The notes beneath the pieces were generated by a model. That model ran no database searches and was not told the origin of the DNA. It saw only the letters and a program-made list of their open reading frames with translations. From contig CAWDML010000008.1 of the NCBI GenBank assembly GCA_963803435.1, forward strand, positions 640,001 through 704,000: a stretch of DNA of 64,000 nt, given 5' to 3'. This document shows positions 30,644-39,366 of this stretch, in pieces (the stretch's first letter is position 1; the number at the start of each line of letters is the position of its first letter). This DNA is from an uncultured delta proteobacterium. Lineage in GTDB: Bacteria; Myxococcota; Kuafuiibacteriia; Kuafuiibacteriales; Kuafuiibacteriaceae. The position numbers were made by a program, and so were the translations under genes.

Positions 30644-30757
30644 CGCGCGGATGATATCGGATCCGCGCACGTGCTGCTGCTCGGACCTGATCTCGAGCTC
30701 CGATTGGAGCCCTGAGCGGCGGTCGGCAGATCCGAGACAATCCGGTAAAATCGCGGC

Positions 30758-32752
30758 GTGCCCATCTCCATGAGCGAGGAGCCGCTCGCGCCCTCGTTGA
30801 GTGGGCCCATCCCGGAACGGCTCGGGCGCTACCGCGTCGTCGATCGCCTCGCGATCGGTGGCATGGCGGAGGTCTTCGTCTGCTACGAGCGCGGGCTCGG
30901 CGGGCTCGAGCGTCTCGCGGTGGTGAAGCGCATCCTCCCGCAGCTCGCCGCCCAGGAGTCGTTCCTCCAGATGTTCTTGGCGGAGGCCCGCTACGTCGCG
31001 CTGATCAACCACCCGAACGTGGTCCAGGTGCTCGAGCTCGCGCAGGACGAGAACGGGGCGCCCTTCCTCGCCATGGAATACATCCCTGGCAACTCGGTCC
31101 GCGAGCTCATCGTGGTGGCCCTGGGGCGGCACATGAAGACGCCGATCGGCGCGGTGGTCGGGATCATCGCGCAGGCCTGCGCGGGCGTGCACGCAGCCCA
31201 CGACCTCGTGGACACGGCCGGGCGTCCGCTCGGGCTCGTTCACCGCGACATCTCCCCTCACAACCTCATGGTGACGGGCGATGGCCACGTGAAGCTCCTC
31301 GACTTCGGGATCGCGAAGGCCACCGAAGGACTGCTCGACGAGCAGACGCGCACCGGCGGGCTCAAGGGCAAGGTGCATTACATGTCGCCCGAGCAGTGCA
31401 AGCAGCACCCGCTCGATCGGCGCAGCGACATCTTCGCCCTGGCGGTCGTCCTCTGGGAGGCCCTCGCCGCGGAGCGCCTCTTCAAGCGCGAGAGCGAGCT
31501 CGAGGCGATGCATGCGATCATCAACGGCGAGAGAAGGGAGCTCTCGCAGTTCCGGAGCGACGTCCCGGACGAGATCCACGCCGTGCTCGTGAAGGCGCTC
31601 TCTCCGGACAAGGAGGACCGCCACGCGACCGCGGACGAGATGCGGAAGGCGCTGGTCGACGCCTGTGCGAAGCATGGGATCGCCTGCGGCGCCGACGAGG
31701 TGGCGGCGTTCGTTCGGCCGCTCCTCGGCGAGGCCCAGAAGGTGCGCCAGGCGGACCTCCTCCGGCGCGCGCGGTATCCCTCCGTCGGGCGCCCGGATCC
31801 ACTGCAGAACGAAGGCGCGACGGTCGCGCCGCTCGACTCGTCCGCCGACACGCGCGTGCTCGTTCCCGAGGGTGCGCGCCGCCGCTTCCGCGCGCTCCCG
31901 CTCCTGGCCGCGCTCGGGCTGGTGGGCCTCGTCGTGGGGATCGCCGTGGGGGCCGCCGACCGACTCCTCCCGCCGGCCGGCGCTCCGCTCACGATCGTGT
32001 TCCCGCCGACGGCGGACGCGGACCTCATGCTCGAGGACATCGAGCCGCTGCGCTCGTGGCTCGAGAAGACGCTCGAGCGTCCCGCGACCATCTCGATCGC
32101 GGAGTCGTACAGCGATCTCGAGGCGCGGGTCCTCACCGGCAAGCTCGACCTGGCCGCGATGCCGCCCTATCTGTACGTCGAGACCAAAGATCGAGATCCG
32201 CGCGTCGAGATCGTCGCGAGCAAGCTCGTCCAGGGCTCGAGCGGCAACGACAGCATCCTCTACGTTGGCGAGAGCTCCACGATCACCCAGATCGCCGAGC
32301 TCAAGGGCAAACGCCTCTGTTTTCCGGATCGGAAGTCGACGACCGGTTACCTGTTCCCGCGCCTGGCGCTTCGCCGGGCGGGGCTCGATCCGGACCACGA
32401 CGTCGTGGGCCACTTCTCCGGAAGCCACATGCAGGCGCTCCGAGATCTGGTGGCCGGAGTCTGCGATGCCACCGCGACCTACTCGGGCGGCTTCCTCGGC
32501 GCCGATCGCGCGGGCATCCCGGTCGCCCGCATCAAGCAGCTCGCCATCATCGCGCGCTCACCCCATCAGGCGCTGGTGGTCCCGGCCAACGTTCCCGAGG
32601 CGGAGCGCCGCCGCATCCAGCGTGCCCTCCTCTCGTATCACCCCGCCGACGGCGGGGAGAGCGGCCGGGTGGAGCGCATCTCCGGTTTCAAGGATCCCGA
32701 CCCGAACGACTACGACACGGTCCGGGCGGCCCTCGAGGAAGCCGCGGAGTGA
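30758..32752 (+). CDS. Ser/Thr kinase fused via a TM to a PhnD-like (phosphate/phosphonate) periplasmic binding domain
   Basis: GGMAEVF, HRDISPHN, DFGIAK, YMSPEQ; TM; ELKGKRLCFPDRKSTTGYLFP, FSGSH. Confidence 0.9.
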   Translation: MPISMSEEPLAPSLSGPIPERLGRYRVVDRLAIGGMAEVFVCYERGLGGLERLAVVKRILPQLAAQESFLQMFLAEARYVALINHPNVVQVLELAQDENGAPFLAMEYIPGNSVRELIVVALGRHMKTPIGAVVGIIAQACAGVHAAHDLVDTAGRPLGLVHRDISPHNLMVTGDGHVKLLDFGIAKATEGLLDEQTRTGGLKGKVHYMSPEQCKQHPLDRRSDIFALAVVLWEALAAERLFKRESELEAMHAIINGERRELSQFRSDVPDEIHAVLVKALSPDKEDRHATADEMRKALVDACAKHGIACGADEVAAFVRPLLGEAQKVRQADLLRRARYPSVGRPDPLQNEGATVAPLDSSADTRVLVPEGARRRFRALPLLAALGLVGLVVGIAVGAADRLLPPAGAPLTIVFPPTADADLMLEDIEPLRSWLEKTLERPATISIAESYSDLEARVLTGKLDLAAMPPYLYVETKDRDPRVEIVASKLVQGSSGNDSILYVGESSTITQIAELKGKRLCFPDRKSTTGYLFPRLALRRAGLDPDHDVVGHFSGSHMQALRDLVAGVCDATATYSGGFLGADRAGIPVARIKQLAIIARSPHQALVVPANVPEAERRRIQRALLSYHPADGGESGRVERISGFKDPDPNDYDTVRAALEEAAE

Positions 32753-32974
32753 CGCCCCCGCAGATCTCGGTGCGTCTCGTGCAGCAGCCGAACCGACGGT
32801 CGCCGCGACATACAACTCAACGGATCAGCTCGAAGCGCGCCGAGTAGAGCTTGAGCCTTCGCGTCGCCGCTCGCGAACCGGCTCGATCAATCGCGAGGGG
32901 GAGGATGGAAGCCCCGGGGCGGCGATTCGAGGGCTTTCGTGGCCCTAGCTGCGAGAATGGCCTAGGGTGCACGG

Positions 32975-34270
32975 ATGCTCGTCGAATCGCTGCTCACGCG
33001 GCGGGACGCGGTCGTGCCCCGAGGCGTTCCCAGAGCCACCACCGCCGTCCTGACGCACGGCGCCGGCGCGCGCCTGCTGGACGCCGAAGGCCGGAGCCTG
33101 ATCGATTTTGCCGGCGGCATCGGTGTGGCGAACGCCGGGCACTGTCCGCCGAAGGTCGTCGACGCCATCGTCGCGCAGGCGCGCAAGCTGATCCACGCCG
33201 GGATCCACGTCGCGACCTACGAGCCCTATGTCGCGCTGTGCGAGCGACTGGTCGGGCTCCTCCCCCACGGCGGCGCCACCAAGGCCATGCTGCTCAACTC
33301 GGGCGCGGAGGCGGTGGAGAACGCCATCAAGATCGCGCGCCAGGCCACCGGGCGGGGCGGCGTGGTCTGCTTCACCGGCGCCTTTCACGGGCGGACGCTG
33401 CTCGGCATGTCGCTGACCTCGAAGACCGCCTACAAGATCGGCTGCGGCCCCTTCGCCCCGGAGATCTACCGGCTGCCCTTCCCCGATCGCCTGCGCGATG
33501 GACACGGGCAGACCGAGGAGGCGTTCGTCGCGCGAGCCCTCTCCGACTTCGAGGAGGCCTTCTCGACCTACGCGGCGCCCGGCCAGGTCGCCGCCATCCT
33601 CATCGAGCCCGTGCTGGGCGAGGGCGGATTCATCCCCGCGCCCCAGGCGTACCTCGAGGGCCTGCGCCGCTTCGCCGACCGGCACGGGATCATGCTGGTG
33701 TTCGACGAGGTGCAGACCGGCTTCGCGCGCACCGGCTACTGGGGCGCCTATCAGCACTACGGCGTGACGCCCGATCTCTCGACGTGGGCCAAGTCGATGG
33801 GCGGCGGTCTGCCGATCGCGGCGGTCGTCGGGCGGGCGGAGGTCATGGACGCGGCGCGCCCGGGCACCATCGGCGGTACCTACGGCGGCAACCCGGTCGC
33901 CTGTGCGGCGGCCCTCGCGAACATCGAGGTGATCGAGGAGCTGGGGCTCCTGGCGCGGGCCCGCAAGATCGGTGACCGCGTGCGCGCCCAGTTCGAGGCG
34001 GTGCAGAAGCGCTGCTCCGCCGTCGCCGACGTGCGCGGGCTCGGGGCGATGATGGCGATGGAGCTGTGCGTCGACGGCAATCCGCGCCGACCGGACACCG
34101 CGCTCACCACCGAGGTGCTGGAGGCGTGTCTCTCGCGCGGCCTGCTGGCGCTGTCCTCGGGCGTGCACGCCAACGTGATCCGCGTGCTCTGCCCGCTGGT
34201 GATCGCAGACGACGACCTGGAGCAGGGCCTGACCATCATCGAGGAAGAGCTGCTGCGGAGACGAGCATGA
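32975..34270 (+). CDS. gabT: 4-aminobutyrate aminotransferase-like class III aminotransferase
   Basis: IDFAGGIGV, NSGAEAVENAIKIAR, FHGRT, EPVLGEGG, DEVQTGFARTG, AKSMGGG, GGTYGGNP. Confidence 0.88.
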   Translation: MLVESLLTRRDAVVPRGVPRATTAVLTHGAGARLLDAEGRSLIDFAGGIGVANAGHCPPKVVDAIVAQARKLIHAGIHVATYEPYVALCERLVGLLPHGGATKAMLLNSGAEAVENAIKIARQATGRGGVVCFTGAFHGRTLLGMSLTSKTAYKIGCGPFAPEIYRLPFPDRLRDGHGQTEEAFVARALSDFEEAFSTYAAPGQVAAILIEPVLGEGGFIPAPQAYLEGLRRFADRHGIMLVFDEVQTGFARTGYWGAYQHYGVTPDLSTWAKSMGGGLPIAAVVGRAEVMDAARPGTIGGTYGGNPVACAAALANIEVIEELGLLARARKIGDRVRAQFEAVQKRCSAVADVRGLGAMMAMELCVDGNPRRPDTALTTEVLEACLSRGLLALSSGVHANVIRVLCPLVIADDDLEQGLTIIEEELLRRRA

Positions 34271-34776
34271 GGCTGTTCGGTGTCATGGGGATGCAGCTGT
34301 TCGTCACCGCAACGTCGAGTATCTGTGCAAGCGGATCGAGCTGGGGGCGGAGGGCTTCCCGTGGGTCCGCATGGTGGTGCTGAGCGAGCTTGCGCCGGTC
34401 CCCGGCCGTGGTGCGGCAACGAGGTGCTGCCGGAGTCCTTCGGCGGCGAGGTTCGAGCCCAGGCCCGCGCATGACGGTGGCTTTCGGAGAGGAGCTCAAG
34501 AAGCTCGGCTACCGCGGCTACTTCGAGCTCGACTCTCTCCGCGACCTGGACACCGATCAACTCTACCTGGGCGAGGTGAACCCGAGGCTCACCGGCGCCA
34601 GCGCGATGACGAACCTGGCCGCGTTCGCGCACGCCGATGCGCCGCTCTTCCTGTTCCACCTGCTTGCCTCTGGGGTCTGCTCGACGTGCGTGCGGTACGT
34701 GCTCCAGACCTGCGACACCACCGAGGAGGCGATCGCCGCGCTCTGCAGGTTACGTTGCCATACCTGGATCCTTTGA
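34267..34776 (+). pseudogene. Fused remnants: carbon-nitrogen hydrolase N-terminus, ATP-grasp (biotin-carboxylase-like) fragment, C45 peptidase-like fragment
   Basis: MRLFGVMGMQL...NVEYL..RIEL...FPWVRMVVLSEL; then WCGNEV...GYRGYFELD...YLGEVNPRLTGAS; then RYVLQTCDTTEEAIAAL. Confidence 0.6.
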
Positions 34777-34787
34777 GCGGTCCCGGC

Positions 34788-35945
34788 TCAGTTTGGAAGG
34801 CAGGCGCCCTGTTGGCCGGTGGGACCGAGACAGTAGTAGCCGGGGGCGCAGGTGGATTGGGTGCCGCCGTTGGGACAATTCTCGAGACAGAGAGAGAAGA
34901 AGTCCGGAAAGTTGAAGCAGCTCGATCCGGACGGGCATGGATTCGTCGTCGGATCGCAGAGCTGCTTGGTGCAATAGCCGCCGGGCCAACCCTGGAAGTT
35001 GAGGCACGTCAGGCCGGTCTGGCAGTCCTCGTCGCCCGTGCAGGCGCCGCCGACGCCTTCGCCGTTCGGGTTCATCGATCCGCCGGGATTCGGCCAGCAG
35101 ACGCGCTGGGGATCGAGCCCGAGCTGCACGCACAGATATCCCATGCGGCACTCGGCGTTGCTCGCGCATTCGCCCAGGCAGACCGCATTGCCGCCGCCGA
35201 AGCCGCGACAAGCGGAGCCGGCCGGACACGGCGAGCCGAACATCGAGCAATCCTGCGAACAGTATCCGTCCGGGAAGCCCTGGCTCGAGTCGATGCAGAA
35301 ACCGATGGGCCCGCACACGTTCTGCGCAGCGCAGGGATCGCCGACCGGCGTCGCGGTTCCGGCATCCGGCGTGCCGCCGTCGGGAGTGGGACCGCCATCG
35401 GGCCGGGGGCCCGCGTCCGGCTGCGAAAGCGGGCACATGCTTCTGCCGCCGCCGAGCTCGATGCAGGATTCGCCCGGCGGGCACATCGGATTGGTGCAAC
35501 ATAGGTTGCGCCGGTTCGCTGCCTGACAGCTACTGATCGGATTGCTTGGCGAGGGGGCCACACACGCGTACTCCGGGGGGCAGTCGCAGTCGGTCCTGCA
35601 CTGGGACGGATTGCAATCCACCTCGCAGAACCCGCCGGCGTTGCAGCTCCAGACGCTCGGGCCGTTCGGACAGGGCGGCGGCTGGCCGCGCTGATCGAGG
35701 CAGTCTCTCGGCACCTGGCACTCGATGAGGCCGCCGTCCAGCCGCGAAGCATCCGGTGCGAGGTCTCCGTCCGGGACCGAGCCGTCCTTCCGGGCCAGCA
35801 ATCCGTCGGGGACAGGACCCGCACCGTCCGTCGGCCCCGGGCCCCCGTCTCCCAACCCCGTGCCTTCACCCAGAAGACCGACGCCGTCCCGACCGCAGGA
35901 GGCGAGCAGGAGTGATGCGAGGAGGCACAGCCAGGTGGTACGCAT
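34788..35945 (-). CDS. Cys-rich repeat lipoprotein
   Basis: LLLASC lipobox; repeated C....DC, FPDGYCS, WPGGYCT units; PDGG linkers; TAGACT 8 nt before ATG. Confidence 0.85.
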   Translation of the reverse strand: MRTTWLCLLASLLLASCGRDGVGLLGEGTGLGDGGPGPTDGAGPVPDGLLARKDGSVPDGDLAPDASRLDGGLIECQVPRDCLDQRGQPPPCPNGPSVWSCNAGGFCEVDCNPSQCRTDCDCPPEYACVAPSPSNPISSCQAANRRNLCCTNPMCPPGESCIELGGGRSMCPLSQPDAGPRPDGGPTPDGGTPDAGTATPVGDPCAAQNVCGPIGFCIDSSQGFPDGYCSQDCSMFGSPCPAGSACRGFGGGNAVCLGECASNAECRMGYLCVQLGLDPQRVCWPNPGGSMNPNGEGVGGACTGDEDCQTGLTCLNFQGWPGGYCTKQLCDPTTNPCPSGSSCFNFPDFFSLCLENCPNGGTQSTCAPGYYCLGPTGQQGACLPN

Positions 35946-36139
35946 CGTGCCCCAGTCTACACGAAAGCCCCGCGACGCTGGTCCTTGGCTTCGGACCCTG
36001 GTGGCGCCGACCAGCGAGAACGCGCCGTTGGTGGAGTGCATGCATGCGCACCTCGGAAGCAAGCGGGAGGCCGTTCGAGAGTGTATGGGACGGCGCGCTT
36101 TCCTCGGACCATGTGTCGGAGGCACGCGACTTCCGATCT

Positions 36140-36938
36140 TCAGCGCCGGCAGGCGACCTCGCGGCCAATGGCGAGCAAGGCGTTACGAATCCGCTCGCTG
36201 CTGTCGCGGACGGAGTCAATCGGGTGGAGCGTCGCGAGCCCTCCGAGCGCGTCTGCGTTGCGAAAGCCCTCCTCGAGGTGGGCTCGGTGCGGCCCGATGA
36301 ACAGGTGAATGTGGGCCTCGATCTCCTCGAGCGTGGCGATCGCCTCTTCGGTCGTGGCCGTCACCTGAATGTCCGGATAGAGCACGACGGGCGCCTCGGC
36401 AAAGGGCGCGTCGGTCGCTCCGATGATCACGGGACGAACACGGCCGTCCTCGTGTTCTGGGACCGCCAGCAACGCGTCCAAGAGGTTCTCCGGATCTTCC
36501 AGATTGAAGGTGTGATGCTCGAGGTTGTAGCCGGTTTTGCCGATCTCGATGGCCTGGTCGATGGCCGAATCGAACCTGATCGACCGAGGTGAGGTCGGGC
36601 CCTCTGGCGGGGAACCAACGGACGTCGTTCACGAAGCCGAGGACGTGGTACGTGACGGTGCCTCCGCGCGCCTCGATCGGGGCGAGTCCCTCGACGAGCG
36701 CGAGCAACCCGTGCTGCACATCCCTCAGGAACGGCTCCATCGACCCGGATACGTCGATGACGAAGAAGATATGAAGGTCCTCGGCAGCGCTCGGATCGTC
36801 GGTCGCTCCCTCGGTGTTCTCGCAGGTCTCGAGGATCTCCTGTCCATCCTCCGTGTCACCGGAGGGGCTCAGCGCGAGGCCCCCGACATCCGCGACACAG
36901 CCAGGCAGGAGGAGCCCTAGGAGAAGACACGACCGCAT
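36140..36938 (-). CDS. vWA-domain lipoprotein (frameshift at ~36568)
   Basis: LPGC lipobox; MIDAS FVIDVSGSM...ATDAP. Removing one base at GAATC 36567-36571 gives QVRSAIDQAIEIG and joins ORF 36140..36481. Confidence 0.78.
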
Positions 36939-37057
36939 CCGTTCATCCTCTTCGGGTGCGGCTCGCTCTTCCCGGCAAATTCGGGGGCGGGATCGACAAA
37001 GACAGGCGAGCTCGGGCCAAGAACGACCCGGCTCGACCGAAAGACGCCGACCTGGGC

Positions 37058-38370
37058 TCATAACGAATCGACGATCCCGAGGTGGATCTCCTGGACACCC
37101 TCGGCGTTCATTTCCACCAGGAAACCTCCGTCGAGCGCGATCGCTTGCCGGAGGTCGAGCGCGCTGTCCCCGAGGGTCTGCGAGGGACAGAACGTCTTCG
37201 ACTGCAGATCGTAAGGAGTGATGACGCCGAACTCCTGGAAGAGGAACAGCGTGTCGCGGCCGACCAGCGCCGTGTGGATGCGCGTCGGAGAGGCCGTGTT
37301 GCCCACCAAGGTCCAGACGCCGTCGTCGGCACGGGCGAACAGGCGGCCCCGGCGATCGCCGATGTGAGCTCTCCCCGAACCAGGAACAGCGATGCGAGCG
37401 TCGAGGTGGTCGGCACCACCTCGTCGACGCGATCGACGCCGTTCTCCAGACGGAACACGGCGCCGACCTCGTCGGTTGCCTTCGTGAGTACCAGCAGCGT
37501 GGTCGGATCGATGACTGCGAGACCGCTCTTGGTGGTGGAGGTGATCGAAGAGCCGCTCCACAGGAGCGACCACCTCGCGCCGTCGAACCGATGAAGCTTG
37601 CCGAACGTGGTCAGGGTGTAGAAGGCGCCGTTGAGGCTGATCATCCAGCCGATGCGATCGCCGGGCTCGAGGTCCGGATGCGGAGGTAGCGCCTCGTGAT
37701 CAGCGTACGAACCCCGCCAAATCGTCGTAGCTCCGGTCTCGTCCGACACGCCGAAGTAGGTCGTGCTGCCGTCGCTCCAGGCGGCGCCGATGATCCCGGA
37801 GACCGAGCTCGTCAGGACGGCCCCAGACCGGCTGACCTCGAAGACGTTGGTCGTTCCCTCGTTGAGGACGAACATCTGGACGGCGCCCGGTCCAGCCGGA
37901 AGCAGCGCGGTGATGAGCCCGTGAATGGACGAGGTGCCGTCCGAGAGCGAGGTCAGCCGGAGCTCTGGACAGCTCACCGACCTGGGAAACGGGAAGTCGT
38001 GGAGCCACGAGGGTACCGCATCGATCGACTCGAGCGCCTCGCCGGTGTCGTCGAGTCGATACGCAGCGAGCGGCGAGACTGGAAGCGCGGCCGTGGGGGC
38101 GCCCGAGGGGGCCTCGGTCTGTTGTCCCGGGATCATGCTCAGGTCCTCGGCAGTCTCAGCGTAGAACGCCACCACCAGCTCCTCCTGATCGGGATCGATG
38201 TCATCGAGCCGGATGGGGAAGCGGGGCTCGTCGACCTCGAGCCGGGTGCGTGTGCTCGAACGCTCGCCGACGACGACGACGCCGCTGCCGTCCTCTGCAG
38301 GCAGCGACAGGTCGATCGCCCCCGCCCTGCAGCTTGTGAGGATCAGACCCGCGAGCGCGGCCGGTCGCAC
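37058..38370 (-). CDS. Lipoprotein with C-terminal beta-propeller (frameshift at ~37366)
   Basis: LTSC lipobox; TATACT 7 nt before GTG; one added base joins VRGEL to HIGDRRGRLFAR. Confidence 0.7.
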
Positions 38371-38616
38371 GGCCCCGAGTATAGCTCGAGGCCCACTCGG
38401 GAAACCTCGGCGACATCGCCCGCGGTGTGATGACGACCTGCGCGAGGCGGCGTCTCACCCGCCTCATCCAGGCGGCCTATGCGACATGAAGCGACGTTTT
38501 GCGGGCGCCGGAAACGGCGTGATCGTCGAGCACATCATCGAGAGCCGACCGAGGTGCCCGATCATGTGAGCCCCATGTGAGCGGTGCTCCCGCCTCGAGT
38601 TCGGTAGGAGCGAGCG

Positions 38617-39309
38617 ATGGGAAAGCGGTCACTCACCTCGACCCTCACCGTGCTCATCGCCGCCCTGGGGTGCTCGCCGTCGAGCCCCCTGGACCGCGAG
38701 GATGGGGGGCACGAGGGAGACACGGGCGAAAGGGCGCCGGCGAGCCCGGCCCAATGCGCGTCGGTCTGCGAGATGCGCGCGACCGCGTGTGGGGCTCCGG
38801 CGCCGATGGGGACGGCGGCCTGCGGTTCGCTCTGTGGGGCCGGCGCGACCGACGCCCAGGTCGCCTGTCTGGGGTCGAGCTCGTGTGCTTCGCTGATCGA
38901 CGCGTTCACGCGCGCATCGCTCGTCTGTGGGATCGAGCCGGCCGGGGCCGATGCCGGGCCCATCGACGGTGGGGATCAGGACGCCGGCTCGAGCGGCAGC
39001 TGCGAGATCGGCGACCGTCGCTGCCCAGAGGACTTCACGGCCTTTCGGTGTGAATCGCTGTCGGGACGCCCGCTGCCGGTGACCGAGCACTGTGGTGCCG
39101 GCCGACCCTGCGAGAACGGGTGGTGCATCGACACCTCCAAACCCGGGCTTCAATCGACCTGCTCGAGGGCGTCCGATTGCCGGACTCCCGCCCGGTGCGA
39201 AGCGAGTCTTTGCTGCAATCCTGCGGGCGAGGTGTGCACGGTCGATGGCGATTGTTGTGGGGCTGGCGGCTGCGCCGACACGACGTTCGGGTTCCGGGCG
39301 TGTCGCTGA
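38617..39309 (+). CDS. Cys-rich lipoprotein
   Basis: AGGAG RBS; AALGC lipobox; many Cys pairs. Confidence 0.8.
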   Translation: MGKRSLTSTLTVLIAALGCSPSSPLDREDGGHEGDTGERAPASPAQCASVCEMRATACGAPAPMGTAACGSLCGAGATDAQVACLGSSSCASLIDAFTRASLVCGIEPAGADAGPIDGGDQDAGSSGSCEIGDRRCPEDFTAFRCESLSGRPLPVTEHCGAGRPCENGWCIDTSKPGLQSTCSRASDCRTPARCEASLCCNPAGEVCTVDGDCCGAGGCADTTFGFRACR

Positions 39310-39366
39310 CGGTTGCTCGGAGGCGGCTGGGCGCGCTACCCGAAGGGAGGGCCGTGCCCAAGTCCG

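Noticed and set aside
30644-32428. 742-aa ORF 30200..32428 as one protein
   Set aside because: Only the last 147 aa (GNAT) are real; the rest is antisense to the kinase.
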